Positions 34,178 to 45,095 of a stretch of 64,000 nt of DNA are shown piece after piece (position 1 is the stretch's first letter; the number at the start of each line of letters is the position of its first letter). The DNA lies in the NCBI GenBank assembly GCA_902567855.1, contig CACFOQ010000002.1, forward strand, positions 15,163 to 79,162, in the 5' to 3' direction. The position numbers and the translations under genes are program-made. Origin of the DNA: an uncultured Alphaproteobacteria bacterium (GTDB lineage Bacteria; Pseudomonadota; Alphaproteobacteria; HIMB59; GCA-002718135). The notes under the pieces were generated by a model, which ran no database searches, was not told the origin of the DNA, and saw only the letters and a program-made list of their open reading frames with translations.

Positions 34178-35050
34178 ATGAGTAAAATTAAAGTTGGTTT
34201 TATTGGTGTAGGCTTAATGGGTCTACCAATGTTACAAAATATAGCAAAAAACAACTATCCTTTATCAATCTGGAATAGATCTCAAAAAAATTTAAAAAAA
34301 ATTAAAAATAATAAAATTAATATTTGTAAATATCTGATTGATATACCTTCTCAATCTCAGGTAATTATAATGATGCTATCTAATGACAAAGTTTGCTTAG
34401 ATATTGCTAAAGAGATATCTAAAAAAATAAAAAAAGGACACATACTAATTGATATGAGTTCTACTAAACAAAAAACAGCAATTGAGATTGAAAAAAAAGT
34501 TAAAAGAAAGGGTGGATATTTTTTAGACGCACCTGTTTCTGGGGGAACATTAGCTGCAAAAAGTGGACAATTAGCAATAATGGTGGGTGGTCAAAAAAAA
34601 ATATTTTCAAAAACAAAAAATTTATTAAAAAGTATGGGCAATCCAACTTATTTAGGCAAAACAGGATCCGGACAAATTGCGAAACTTGCTAATCAAACAA
34701 TTGTGGGAATAACGATCGGAGCTGTTGCAGAGGCAATAATTATGGCTGAGGCTGCCGGTGTAGATGCAAAAGCTCTTAGACAAGCTATAAAAAATGGATT
34801 TGCAGGAAGTAAAATTTTAGAAATTCATGGCCAGAGAATGATAAACAAAAATTTTGAGGCGGGAGGAAAATGTTCTACGCAATTAAAAGATATGAATAAT
34901 ATTATTGAAACAGCAAAAAATTATAATGTTAATTTACCAATATCAAAAACAATAAAAAAACTTTATGAATTAACAGTTACAAAAGGTCATGCTGATTTAG
35001 ATCATAGCGCGCTCTATTTATTATTAAAAAATTTAAAGAAAATTAAGTAA
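34178..35050 (+). CDS. 3-hydroxyisobutyrate / 2-hydroxy-3-oxopropionate reductase-family NAD(P) dehydrogenase
   Basis: GFIGVGLMGLPM Rossmann motif. DAPVSGG. 290 aa. Confidence 0.8.
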   Translation: MSKIKVGFIGVGLMGLPMLQNIAKNNYPLSIWNRSQKNLKKIKNNKINICKYLIDIPSQSQVIIMMLSNDKVCLDIAKEISKKIKKGHILIDMSSTKQKTAIEIEKKVKRKGGYFLDAPVSGGTLAAKSGQLAIMVGGQKKIFSKTKNLLKSMGNPTYLGKTGSGQIAKLANQTIVGITIGAVAEAIIMAEAAGVDAKALRQAIKNGFAGSKILEIHGQRMINKNFEAGGKCSTQLKDMNNIIETAKNYNVNLPISKTIKKLYELTVTKGHADLDHSALYLLLKNLKKIK

Positions 35051-35056
35051 ATAAAA

Positions 35057-36361
35057 ATGTATCTTCACTCGAAATTACAAAATCATAAAGAAATGATTAA
35101 TATCGCATTAATTGGATGTGGAAAATTTATTTCAATGTTTTTATCTCAATATAATCAACTTAAAAAAATTAATATTGATTCAATTGTAGATATAGATATT
35201 GAAAAAGCAAAATTAAATTGCATCAATAGTGGTTTAAATGAAGAAACTATTAAAAAAATTAATTTTGTAAATTCTTTAGATGATACGCTAGATAGAAATA
35301 TTGAAATCTATATAGAGGCGACAGGTAATCCTATTATAGGAACGCAACATGCATCAAAAGTAATCCAAGCAAATAAAAATATAGTTATGGTTAATGTAGA
35401 AGCTGATGTTTTGTGCGGAAAATATTTATCAGATTTAGCAAGTAAGCATAATGTAAATTATTCTATGGCTTATGGCGATCAACCTTCTTTAATTTTAGAA
35501 CAAATAGAATGGGCGAGATTAAATGGTTTCTTAGTAACTTGTGCAGGTAAAGGTACAAAATATCATTCTAGTTTTGAATATTCTACCCCTGATAATGTTT
35601 GGCATAATTACGGTTTGACTCAGAAAGAAGCAAAAGAAGCAGGAATGAATCCAAAAATGTTTAATTCATTTGTGACAGGTGACAAAAGCTCAATCGAAAT
35701 GGCCGCAGTTGCAAATGCATCTGAATTAAAATGTCCTAATAATGGATTATCTTACCCTTCGGTAGGAGTCCTTGATATTGCTAATAAATTAATTCCAAAA
35801 GATATGGGGGGATTAATTGACCATGAAGGACAAGTAGAAGTAATTTCAAGTATTGATGAAAATAAAAAACAAATACCTAATGATTTAAGATGGGGCGTAT
35901 ATATTGTTATTAAAGCTCAAAATAATTATACAAAAAAATGTTTTAAAGAATATGGAATGATTACAGATAAATCTGGAAATTATTCGTCTATATGGCGTCC
36001 TTATCACTATATTGGTTTAGAGCTAGCTCAAACTATTTATTCAATTGCTTTAGATAAAAAATCAACAGGAGTAACAAAATTCTTTAATGCAGAAGTAATT
36101 GCGGTTGCCAAAAAAAATTTAAATATCGGAGATATTCTTGATGGAGAAGGTGGTTTTGCTGCAAGAGGTAAATTGATAGCTTCTAGAGATAGTGTAAATA
36201 ATAATTTTTTACCTCTTGGGTTATCTGATGGAGCAACTATAAAAAAAGAAATTAAAAAAGATGATTTTATAAAAATGAGTGATGTTAATATTAATTGGAA
36301 TCCTGAAGTACTAAAAGCAAGAAAATATCAGATAAATTTGATTAAAAATGATTTGAATTAA
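35057..36361 (+). CDS. NAD(P)-binding oxidoreductase with C-terminal SAF-like domain (predicted homoserine-dehydrogenase-like)
   Basis: N-terminal IALIGCGKF. 434 aa. Family recalled by architecture only. Confidence 0.45.
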   Translation: MYLHSKLQNHKEMINIALIGCGKFISMFLSQYNQLKKINIDSIVDIDIEKAKLNCINSGLNEETIKKINFVNSLDDTLDRNIEIYIEATGNPIIGTQHASKVIQANKNIVMVNVEADVLCGKYLSDLASKHNVNYSMAYGDQPSLILEQIEWARLNGFLVTCAGKGTKYHSSFEYSTPDNVWHNYGLTQKEAKEAGMNPKMFNSFVTGDKSSIEMAAVANASELKCPNNGLSYPSVGVLDIANKLIPKDMGGLIDHEGQVEVISSIDENKKQIPNDLRWGVYIVIKAQNNYTKKCFKEYGMITDKSGNYSSIWRPYHYIGLELAQTIYSIALDKKSTGVTKFFNAEVIAVAKKNLNIGDILDGEGGFAARGKLIASRDSVNNNFLPLGLSDGATIKKEIKKDDFIKMSDVNINWNPEVLKARKYQINLIKNDLN

Positions 36362-36771
36362 ATTACTATAATAATTAAAATTAGACTAATTGATATAGTA
36401 AGAGGCAATCTTAAAAAATAAAAAACTTTTTTATTTCTTACATTTGAAAATATCAAAATAAAATCAAAAAATAATTGTGCAATCAAAAGAATCACAGACA
36501 ATAAAAATAATATTTTAATATTATATGAATATAAATTTAGAATTATTAAAACAAGAGAATAAACTGTAGGTATAAAGCCATAAATAATGAGGTGATTTGG
36601 AATTTTTTTTTGCAGATTCCAATTTATAGAACCAATAAAAATACTAATAATTAATGTATAATACAAAATAAAATTTAAAAGAATTTCTTCTTCAATTCTT
36701 AAAAATATATATTTATCAATTACTAAATAAATATATGGAATTAATCCTAGATATGAAATTATATACTGCAA
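36358..36771 (-). CDS. Small polytopic membrane protein
   Basis: 137 aa, four hydrophobic segments. Confidence 0.5.
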   Translation of the reverse strand: MQYIISYLGLIPYIYLVIDKYIFLRIEEEILLNFILYYTLIISIFIGSINWNLQKKIPNHLIIYGFIPTVYSLVLIILNLYSYNIKILFLLSVILLIAQLFFDFILIFSNVRNKKVFYFLRLPLTISISLILIIIVI

Positions 36772-36848
36772 ATTTTCTTAATATTTGTTTAAAATTTATG
36801 TATTTCTAATGTTAATATATTTTTATATATATGATAGAATAAAATAAA

Positions 36849-37691
36849 ATGGTTAAAAAATTAAAAAAAGTCTTTTCCCTAAGTTTAGATCCTGGTTATA
36901 GAAATTATACAATTAGAGATATAATTGATTTAAAAGGAAAAAAAAAATTAACACAAATATGTGTTAATACTGCTAAAGAAGCCGCAGCCGCTGAAGAAGC
37001 TGGAATTGATATTATTTTGATAAGATTTTGCCCTGAAATAGAATCAATTCGTAGAGCAGCTCCTAAAACTTTTATGACTGCTTCAGTTCCTTTTATTAAA
37101 TACTCTGACAAACGTGATGCAATTAAAGATTGTCTTGAAATTATAAGTTTAGGCTTAGATTCGTTAACTTGTGGATCATGGAATTTAAATTTCATGAAAT
37201 ATTTAAACCAGTTTAAAATTCCTTTTCAGGGTCATGCAGGATTAGTGCCAAGAAAATCTACATGGATTGGTGGAGTTAAAGGATACGGCAAAACTTATAA
37301 TGAAGCTATTCAATTATTTAAAGATATAAAAGATATTGAAGATACTGGAGCATGGGGAGTGGAAACCGAATGTGTTCCTGAAGAAATTTTGGATGAGATA
37401 ACTAAAAAAACAAGTTTAGTTACAATTTCTATTGGTTCAGGTAAAAAAGCAGATGTGCAGTTTTTATTTGCTGAGGATATTTTAGGTCACAGCTCCATAC
37501 CATTACCTAGACATGCAAAAAAATATAGAAATTTTGCAGCAACATATAATAAACTTCAAAAAGAAAGAATTTTAGCTTTTAAGGAATTTAAAAGTGATGT
37601 TTTAAAAGGCAGTTTTCCTCAAAAGAGAAATAATGTTAAAGTAGATAAAATTCATTTAAAAAAATTTCAAAATTTTTTAAAAGATAATTAA
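36849..37691 (+). CDS. PanB-like (3-methyl-2-oxobutanoate hydroxymethyltransferase family) protein
   Basis: GHAGLVPRKSTW resembles the PanB GH.GL.PQ motif. The catabolic context makes true panB uncertain. Confidence 0.55.
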   Translation: MVKKLKKVFSLSLDPGYRNYTIRDIIDLKGKKKLTQICVNTAKEAAAAEEAGIDIILIRFCPEIESIRRAAPKTFMTASVPFIKYSDKRDAIKDCLEIISLGLDSLTCGSWNLNFMKYLNQFKIPFQGHAGLVPRKSTWIGGVKGYGKTYNEAIQLFKDIKDIEDTGAWGVETECVPEEILDEITKKTSLVTISIGSGKKADVQFLFAEDILGHSSIPLPRHAKKYRNFAATYNKLQKERILAFKEFKSDVLKGSFPQKRNNVKVDKIHLKKFQNFLKDN

Positions 37692-37698
37692 ACATTTT

Positions 37699-39066
37699 TT
37701 AAATTAAATTAAGCCACTGTTTTTTATATTCATTTATAACTTCTATTTTTGATTTTCTTACCTTAGTTAAATTTAATTTATATTTAGATTTTTTGTTGCA
37801 TAACAAGAATGCGCCAACAGCAGTTCCATGACTATCTTTATTTAAAAAAATATTTTGTTTATATCTTAAAGCAGAAAGATATTTTAAAAATAAGGTGTTT
37901 TTAATAAACCCTCCGTCAATTATAATTGAATTTTTAGATTTTATTTGTTCTAAACAATAATCAGTAATTAATGCAACATATAACGAAGCTAAATTACTAT
38001 ATTCTTCAAAGGAGTTAATTTTTTTTTGGTTAATAATTTTTCCTTTCAAATTGTTAAAAGGATTATCTTCTCCAAATGAAGGAACAACAAAAATCTTATT
38101 TTTAAGAAAATTTTCTATAGTACTTTTTGACTTTATTTTATTTTTATGTTTTTTAACAATATTTGAATACTCCCTTCCTCCCATAAAACGCAAAACAGGT
38201 AATTTTTTTCCAGAAACACTTAATTTTGCAAATATTTTTTTCTTTTCATCAAAAAATTTTGAATTCATTGATTTATTAAAAATCACTATCCAAGTTCCAG
38301 TAGAAATTAATGTAAATGATTTCTTATACTTTTTTTCATAAAGATAATGTGCCAAACTAGAGTCATGTCCCCCACAATATATACTACAATTATCATTTAG
38401 ATTTGTTTTATTTAATATTTCTTTTTTGGGGAAGCCTAATTTTTTCCAGGATTTATATATTTTAGGAATTTTTTTTTCTAAATTATTTTTATAAACAAAA
38501 GTCGAAAATTTTTTTTTTTTAAATGACCATAGATCACTATGACAACCTAAATAAGTAATTTCTGAAGCTTTTACTCCTGTTAATTTCCAAGCAAAGTATT
38601 GAGGATAAAAAATAATATTTTGTATTTTATAAAATTTTTTTTTCATTTTATTTATATTATAAAAAATTGCTTTTGAAATAACTAAACCTCTTGGTAAATT
38701 AGGTGTTAAGGTTTCAGAAAATTTACACTTTTGATATTTTAAATAATTTTTTTCAAATTTTTTATCAAAGGTATTTTCATAATCTATAACTGGTAAATAA
38801 ATATTTTTATTATCATTTAAGTTAAGCACAAAAGTACTTGCATGTGCTGTAAAAATAATTTTATTTATTTTAAATTTTTTTGAAATAATTTTTATTTTTT
38901 TAATAATTAATTGAAAAATTTTATCTATTTCAATAATCTTAATTTTATTAAATTTTTTTATAAATTTTTGATTATTATTATATTCTAAAATAATTTTTCC
39001 ATCAAAGTTAAATAAAATTGACTTAATATGTGTTTTACCAATATCAAAAACAAGAGTGTTGTTCAC
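37699..39066 (-). CDS. FGGY-like carbohydrate kinase (ASKHA fold)
   Basis: N-terminal LVFDIGKTHIKS phosphate-1 motif. 455 aa. Adjacent to the aldolase fusion gene. Confidence 0.6.
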   Translation of the reverse strand: MNNTLVFDIGKTHIKSILFNFDGKIILEYNNNQKFIKKFNKIKIIEIDKIFQLIIKKIKIISKKFKINKIIFTAHASTFVLNLNDNKNIYLPVIDYENTFDKKFEKNYLKYQKCKFSETLTPNLPRGLVISKAIFYNINKMKKKFYKIQNIIFYPQYFAWKLTGVKASEITYLGCHSDLWSFKKKKFSTFVYKNNLEKKIPKIYKSWKKLGFPKKEILNKTNLNDNCSIYCGGHDSSLAHYLYEKKYKKSFTLISTGTWIVIFNKSMNSKFFDEKKKIFAKLSVSGKKLPVLRFMGGREYSNIVKKHKNKIKSKSTIENFLKNKIFVVPSFGEDNPFNNLKGKIINQKKINSFEEYSNLASLYVALITDYCLEQIKSKNSIIIDGGFIKNTLFLKYLSALRYKQNIFLNKDSHGTAVGAFLLCNKKSKYKLNLTKVRKSKIEVINEYKKQWLNLI

Positions 39067-39078
39067 TATTTCAATTAT

Positions 39079-41169
39079 TTATCTGGTAAATGTAGCAACA
39101 TGTCCAGAGTCAATGTTTAAAATATTTCCAGTTGATTTTTCTGAAGAATCTAGGCAGAAGTAATAAATTCCTTCAGCAATATCTTCAGCATAAACAGATT
39201 TTTTTAATAACGATCTATTTTTATAAAAATTTTCTAATTCTTTTGGCAATATATTATATGTTCTTGATCTCTTATTTCTTAGCTCTTCATTCCACATATT
39301 TGAATCTTTAATAACTGCATCTGGATTTATTACATTTGAACGTATATTGTACTCAGCGCCTTCCAAGGCAATACATCTTGAAAGCTGCAACTCAGCTGCT
39401 TTTGCAGCACAATAAGAAGATACCTTTTTAGAAGGTATCATTCCATTTTTGCTTACTATAAATATAATTGATCCACCCATTTGTTGATTTTTCATTATTT
39501 TAAAAGACTCTCTTGCAACAAGAAAATAACCAGTAGAAAGAACACTAAAATTTTGGTTCCATATTTCAAGAGAAGTATTTTCAAAAGTAGCTTCTGTATT
39601 TACAGCTACACTAGATACTAAAATATCTAAGCCTCCAAATGTATTTAATAGTGTTTTAAATCCTTCAAGAACGTTCAGTTCATTAGTTACATCCATCTGG
39701 CATCCTTTGATATTATCAGAACCATATTTATCTTCTAATTCTTGAATTGTTTTATTCAGATTTTTTTGACTTATGTCTGTAAGAAAAACATTCCCTCCAT
39801 GTTCTAATATTTTTTCAGCTGAAGCTTTTCCTATTGCTCCTGAACCTCCTGTTATTAAAGCAATTTTTCCACTTAGAGACTTTGGTTTTGGAAGTCTTTT
39901 TAGTTTATCTTCTTCTAAGGACCAATATTCAATATTAAATGCTTCTTTGTCGCTTAATCCTGTATAAGAAGAAACACCTTCAGCGCCCTTCATAACATTG
40001 ATAGCATTTAAATAAAATTCACTTGCTAATCTCGCATTTGTTTTGTCTTTAGCAAATGAAATCATACCTATTTTTGGTATTAAAAAAATAATAGGATTAG
40101 AGTCTCTTATTTTAGGGGAGTCTTTTCTTTTATTTTTTGAGTAATATTTAGAATAAGTTTTTCTGTAAGCTTCTAAATCATTTTCAATATCTTTAATAAT
40201 TTGATTATCATTCTTATTTTCAATTTTTACATTTAAAACAATAGGTGTTTTTTTTGTCCTTATAAAATGATCAGGACAAGATGTACCAATTTTTGCCATT
40301 TTTTTTAAATTAGCTGAATTTACAAACTCTAAAACATTTTTATCATCATTTAAATGTCCAATTTTTTTTTCTAAAATTGAAATCTTACCTCTTACAAATG
40401 GAATAATCTTAGATACTAGTGTTTTTCTTTTTATTTTATTAAAACTTATACTTTTTTCTTTTCCAAATGGTTTATTTTTAGAATTTTTTTGTAACCAAGA
40501 TGTAGCTTGACTAATCACTTTAATAGTTCTTGTGTAGCATTCTTTATCTGATTTTCCCCAGGTAAATAATCCGTGACCTCCTAAAACCACCCCAATGTAT
40601 TTTTTATTTTTTGAAATTTCTCCTAATTTTAAACCAAGATCAAATCCTGGTCTTTGCCAATTTACCCATGCAACTTTATCTTTAAATATTTTTTTTGTTA
40701 TTTCCCTACCTTTTTTTGATGTAGCAACAGCTATAATTGCATCAGGGTGGGTATGATCAACAAAATCATACTCTATAAATCCATGAAGTGGAGTATCAAC
40801 ACTCGTAGGTCTGGTATTTAAATTAAAAAAACAGTGCGGATACATTGGTATCATATCATCTTCAAATTTCTTTCCTTTATATTTATCTTTTAATGATAGA
40901 AATTTATCCATATATAGACTCGAAAAGCCATCTAATTTTATAGTTCCTAAATCTCCTCCAGAACCTTTTACAAGCATAACTTTAGTTAATTTATTTGAAA
41001 GAGGGTCTTTTAATAATAATTTTGATGAAGTGTTACCTCCTCCAAAATTTGTTACTTGAAGATCCGCTCCAAGTAATTGAGAGCGGTATACTAATTTTTG
41101 AGATAAATTTAGTTTTTGAGTATCTTTATCTTTCCATAAATTTTTAGGAATAATATTGTTAATACCCAT
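39079..41169 (-). CDS. Bifunctional class II aldolase / short-chain dehydrogenase (rhamnulose-1-phosphate aldolase/alcohol dehydrogenase-type fusion)
   Basis: 696 aa. N-terminal aldolase-II half. C-terminal SDR with ITGGSGAIGKA and YCAAKAA. Confidence 0.75.
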   Translation of the reverse strand: MGINNIIPKNLWKDKDTQKLNLSQKLVYRSQLLGADLQVTNFGGGNTSSKLLLKDPLSNKLTKVMLVKGSGGDLGTIKLDGFSSLYMDKFLSLKDKYKGKKFEDDMIPMYPHCFFNLNTRPTSVDTPLHGFIEYDFVDHTHPDAIIAVATSKKGREITKKIFKDKVAWVNWQRPGFDLGLKLGEISKNKKYIGVVLGGHGLFTWGKSDKECYTRTIKVISQATSWLQKNSKNKPFGKEKSISFNKIKRKTLVSKIIPFVRGKISILEKKIGHLNDDKNVLEFVNSANLKKMAKIGTSCPDHFIRTKKTPIVLNVKIENKNDNQIIKDIENDLEAYRKTYSKYYSKNKRKDSPKIRDSNPIIFLIPKIGMISFAKDKTNARLASEFYLNAINVMKGAEGVSSYTGLSDKEAFNIEYWSLEEDKLKRLPKPKSLSGKIALITGGSGAIGKASAEKILEHGGNVFLTDISQKNLNKTIQELEDKYGSDNIKGCQMDVTNELNVLEGFKTLLNTFGGLDILVSSVAVNTEATFENTSLEIWNQNFSVLSTGYFLVARESFKIMKNQQMGGSIIFIVSKNGMIPSKKVSSYCAAKAAELQLSRCIALEGAEYNIRSNVINPDAVIKDSNMWNEELRNKRSRTYNILPKELENFYKNRSLLKKSVYAEDIAEGIYYFCLDSSEKSTGNILNIDSGHVATFTR

Positions 41170-41173
41170 ACAA

Positions 41174-41905
41174 TTAATCTCCCGAAATAATCATTTTTAA
41201 GACATCATCTTTAGATACTTCTTTAATAAGTCTTTTTCCTACAAGTGCTCCATTTTTTAATACTGCAACACGATCTGAATAATCAAAAACATCATGAATA
41301 TCATGACTAATTAATATAATAGTAATATTTTGTTTTTTTAAGTTATGAATTAAATCGCCAACTTTAGCAGTTTCTTCAGGACCTAAAGCTGCAGTAGGTT
41401 CATCCATAATTAAAATTTTTGCATCAAAATAAATTGCCCTACTTATTGCTATAGCTTGTCTTTGACCACCAGATAAGTTTCTTACCTCTCCTTTTAAAGA
41501 TTGGATATGTAACTTGAGTTTACTAAGTACATTAGATGTTTCGTGCTCCATCGATTCATTATCTATTATGCCCATTGCTGTTGTTATTTCTCTTCCTAAA
41601 AAAACATTTGCAGGAGGATTTAAATTTTCAGCTAATGCTAGATTTTGATAAATAGCTTCTATACCATAATTTTTGGCATCTCTTGGATTATTAATAATTG
41701 CTTCCTTACCATTAATAATGATCTGACCGCTATCAGGAGTTAAAGCACCAGATAGAATTTTTATTAAAGTTGATTTACCTGCACCATTATGTCCCAATAA
41801 TCCAACAACCTGGCCAGGATATAATTCAATACTTACGTTATCAAGGGCTTTAATACCTCCAAAATTTTTAGAAATATTCTTAAACTCAACTGAGGGTTCT
41901 GTCAT
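41174..41905 (-). CDS. Sugar ABC transporter ATP-binding protein (single NBD)
   Basis: GHNGAGKST, LSGGQRQ, ILIMDEPT. Confidence 0.9.
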   Translation of the reverse strand: MTEPSVEFKNISKNFGGIKALDNVSIELYPGQVVGLLGHNGAGKSTLIKILSGALTPDSGQIIINGKEAIINNPRDAKNYGIEAIYQNLALAENLNPPANVFLGREITTAMGIIDNESMEHETSNVLSKLKLHIQSLKGEVRNLSGGQRQAIAISRAIYFDAKILIMDEPTAALGPEETAKVGDLIHNLKKQNITIILISHDIHDVFDYSDRVAVLKNGALVGKRLIKEVSKDDVLKMIISGD

Positions 41906-41926
41906 AATATACTACTCTTAAATTTA

Positions 41927-42763
41927 TTAATCTGCCTCTTGCATTATTCTTGGATAATCATATCCAAATAAAAGTGCTTTTAAATCATCAGAAAAATTGT
42001 TTTTAATATCTTCACCACCTGGAAATTTTGATCCTTTTTCCCAATCTTCCATAGGTTTAACAAAACCTGGTAAGTACTGACCAAGTATAGCTCTTCTGTC
42101 TCCACAGTTTTCTTTACTTTCATAAGAGCCATGCCAACAAGCTCCAGTCATCAAAAAAGCAGAACCTGACTCACCAGTAACCTGAATACATTCTTTAAAA
42201 TATTTATCTGTATCCTTAGGATAAGTTCCCCATTTTTGAGATCCAGGAACTAAAGCAGTAGAACCATTATCTTTTGTGAAATCATCAATCATAATTGTTG
42301 ATTGACAATTCATCAAAAAACTAAAATTTATATTTTTTGGATATCTTTCCATAGTATGCATATCAAAATATGGATAATCAACATGAGGAAGCTGAGATTT
42401 ATCACCAGGATTTACAGTTCTTGCAGCAAAAGATCCAAGTACCACACTATTTCCTAAAACTTTTTTAAAAACGTCCACAACCCTTTTCTTTTGTGCCATT
42501 TTTTCAAAAATTTTACCTTTATAAACTAAATTCCAAACTATAATTTTACCTTGAACCAAATTAGCTGAGTCTTTTTTATCATCATACTCACCTTGTATTG
42601 CAGATTTTTTTCCTGCTTCTTCCAAAAGCATGTCCATGTTTTTATCGATCAAATCTTTTGCTTCTTTAATCTCTTCTTTTGTAAAAACATTTGGAATAAC
42701 TACATAGCCCTTACCATTAATTATTTCATCTGCATCATTCTCTATTTGTTTTTCATAATCCAT
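41927..42763 (-). CDS. PhyH-family Fe(II)/2OG dioxygenase
   Basis: LPHVDYP (HxD) plus distal CWHGS. 278 aa. Confidence 0.6.
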   Translation of the reverse strand: MDYEKQIENDADEIINGKGYVVIPNVFTKEEIKEAKDLIDKNMDMLLEEAGKKSAIQGEYDDKKDSANLVQGKIIVWNLVYKGKIFEKMAQKKRVVDVFKKVLGNSVVLGSFAARTVNPGDKSQLPHVDYPYFDMHTMERYPKNINFSFLMNCQSTIMIDDFTKDNGSTALVPGSQKWGTYPKDTDKYFKECIQVTGESGSAFLMTGACWHGSYESKENCGDRRAILGQYLPGFVKPMEDWEKGSKFPGGEDIKNNFSDDLKALLFGYDYPRIMQEAD

Positions 42764-42775
42764 ATATTCCCCCTT

Positions 42776-43987
42776 TTATTTTTTTCTTCTGTACATACTA
42801 TCTAACCATACTGCAAAAATTAACACAAACCCAATTACAATTTTTTGTATAGGAGTAGGTATACCAATTAAAACCATACCATTTTCTAAACTTTGCATAA
42901 ATAATGCTCCTAATACTGCTCCGTATACAGTTCCAACTCCTCCAGCCAAAGAAGTTCCTCCAATAACAGCTGCAGCAATCACGTTAAGCTCAGTCATTGT
43001 TCCAGTAACAGTTGCGGCTGCTCCAATTCTGGCAGTAACAACAATTGAAGCAATTGCCGATAAAAAACCCATCAAAATAAAACTCATCATAATAATTTTT
43101 TTAACATTAATCCCACTTAATTCTGCACTTTCAGGATTTCCTCCAATCGCATAAACATATCTTCCGAATTTAGTGAAATTAGCTATTAATGTCATCATCG
43201 CAGATACAGCTACAAGTATAAGGAAAGGAATGGGAATTCCAGCACCTCCATCAGTTTTTGGTCTTTGATATGAGTTGAGCATGTATGCAAATCCAAGAAT
43301 AATAGATACCCATATAAAAAGTAGCATTATTTCAACCCACATTTTTCTAACCTTAAAATTATAAGAAATCCTTCTTCTTCTTATGTAAAAAGCATAAAAG
43401 ATTACAATTAAGCAGGCGACTATTCCTACTACCCAGGTCCAAAATTCTCCTATAGTACCTCCTCTTCCACCACCTATAATCAAGAAATTTTCATCTAAAG
43501 GAGCTTGCGTTACTCCTCTACTGAGAGCCCAAGCACCATTTCTATAAATTAACAAACCACCTAAAGTAACAATAAAGGCTGCTATTCCAAAATAAGCAAC
43601 TAATAATCCTTGAAAAATACCTATCAAAGTTCCAACTACTAACATTAACAGACAAGCATATAACCAGTTAAAGTTATTCCCATACTCTAAAATGTTTATC
43701 TGAAACATACCTCCACAGATTCCTATAAAACCTAATAAAGATCCCACAGAAAGATCAATATTTCTTGCAACAATTATAAGCACCATTCCAGTTGCCATTA
43801 TTCCAACAACACTAAACTGTGCTGTTAAATTAAAAAGATTTCTAGGAGAGAAAAAAATTCCTCCAGTTAAAAAATTAAAACATATCCAAATTAAGGCAGT
43901 GGCAAAAATCAATCCAAATAATCTTGTATCAAGATCAAGAAAATTTGTTAATCTAACAAAAAAATTTTTATTTTTTTCTTTATCCAT
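42776..43987 (-). CDS. Sugar ABC transporter permease (XylH-like)
   Basis: 403 aa polytopic protein. IGGNPESAELSGINV motif. Confidence 0.85.
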   Translation of the reverse strand: MDKEKNKNFFVRLTNFLDLDTRLFGLIFATALIWICFNFLTGGIFFSPRNLFNLTAQFSVVGIMATGMVLIIVARNIDLSVGSLLGFIGICGGMFQINILEYGNNFNWLYACLLMLVVGTLIGIFQGLLVAYFGIAAFIVTLGGLLIYRNGAWALSRGVTQAPLDENFLIIGGGRGGTIGEFWTWVVGIVACLIVIFYAFYIRRRRISYNFKVRKMWVEIMLLFIWVSIILGFAYMLNSYQRPKTDGGAGIPIPFLILVAVSAMMTLIANFTKFGRYVYAIGGNPESAELSGINVKKIIMMSFILMGFLSAIASIVVTARIGAAATVTGTMTELNVIAAAVIGGTSLAGGVGTVYGAVLGALFMQSLENGMVLIGIPTPIQKIVIGFVLIFAVWLDSMYRRKK

Positions 43988-44022
43988 AAATAATTACTTA
44001 GACTATTTTAAACAAAATAAAT

Positions 44023-44058
44023 CAAAAAAAAAGCCTTACTATAAAAGTAAGGCTTTTC
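44023..44058 (-). terminator. Rho-independent terminator/attenuator after the binding-protein gene
   Basis: On the minus strand, agccttact-tttat-agtaaggct is followed by a 9-nt U-run. Confidence 0.7.
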
Positions 44059-44066
44059 TGATTTTA

Positions 44067-45095
44067 TTATTTACAAGCATCAGGAGCGTTAGAAGTAACT
44101 CCTTGACAGAGTTTCTCTTTTGAGATCCAACCAGAATCAACAACTAAATTTAAATTATCTTTAGTTATTGCAATTGGTTCTAATAATCTTGCTACTTGAT
44201 TATGACCAGACGGAGTTACAAATGTAGTTGTATTTTCAGGTGTCTTACCTTCAATTAAAGCTACTGCAACTCTAGCTGCTGCTTTTCCCAATTCATAAGA
44301 ATTTTTCCAAACAGAAACTGTTTGATGGCCTAGCGCTACTCTGTTTAGAGCTGCTAAATCTCCATCTTGTCCTGAAACTGGAATTCCTTCCATTCCTTGA
44401 GCTTTTAGAGCTGCCACAACTCCACCAGCCATTCCATCATTCATTACTAGGGCAACATCAACACCATTATTTGTTTTAGTTAATATTTGCTCCATAGTAG
44501 ATTGAGCAACATCTGGTTTCCAGTTGTCAACACACTCATCAGCTACAATTTCTATGGCCCCAGATTCTATTAATGGATTAATGACTTCTTGTTGACCTGC
44601 AAAGAATAGGTCAACTATTGGCATAGTACAATCCCCTTTGATAATAGCCCATCTACCATGTGGATGAACATCAGCTAAAGGTTGAGCTTCTAATCTTCCA
44701 ACAGCAACATTATCAAAACTCAAAAAGACAGCATCAGGATGATCTATAGGAATATCGTAAGCTATAACAGGTATGCCTTCATCTATTGCTCTACCTAGTG
44801 CTCCAACTATACCATCAGAATCTTGAGGTAGTAAAATTAAAGCAGAAATACCTCTAGCAATCAATCCTTCTACGTCAGTTATTTGTTTTTGTGGATCTGA
44901 TTGAGCATCTGCACTAATATATTTATAATCACCGCCTATTTCAGCTAGCATATCTTTAATGCCTGCTTCATCAATTCTCCATCTTTCTTCTTGAAAGTGT
45001 CTCCAACTAACTCCAATCAATGTTTGTGCAAATAATGGCACAGTAAATGATGTTAGAACAAAAACACCTACAAAAATTTTCAAATATTTAATCAT
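44067..45095 (-). CDS. Periplasmic sugar-binding protein (XylF-like)
   Basis: Signal peptide, type I PBP fold pattern, 342 aa. Confidence 0.8.
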   Translation of the reverse strand: MIKYLKIFVGVFVLTSFTVPLFAQTLIGVSWRHFQEERWRIDEAGIKDMLAEIGGDYKYISADAQSDPQKQITDVEGLIARGISALILLPQDSDGIVGALGRAIDEGIPVIAYDIPIDHPDAVFLSFDNVAVGRLEAQPLADVHPHGRWAIIKGDCTMPIVDLFFAGQQEVINPLIESGAIEIVADECVDNWKPDVAQSTMEQILTKTNNGVDVALVMNDGMAGGVVAALKAQGMEGIPVSGQDGDLAALNRVALGHQTVSVWKNSYELGKAAARVAVALIEGKTPENTTTFVTPSGHNQVARLLEPIAITKDNLNLVVDSGWISKEKLCQGVTSNAPDACK

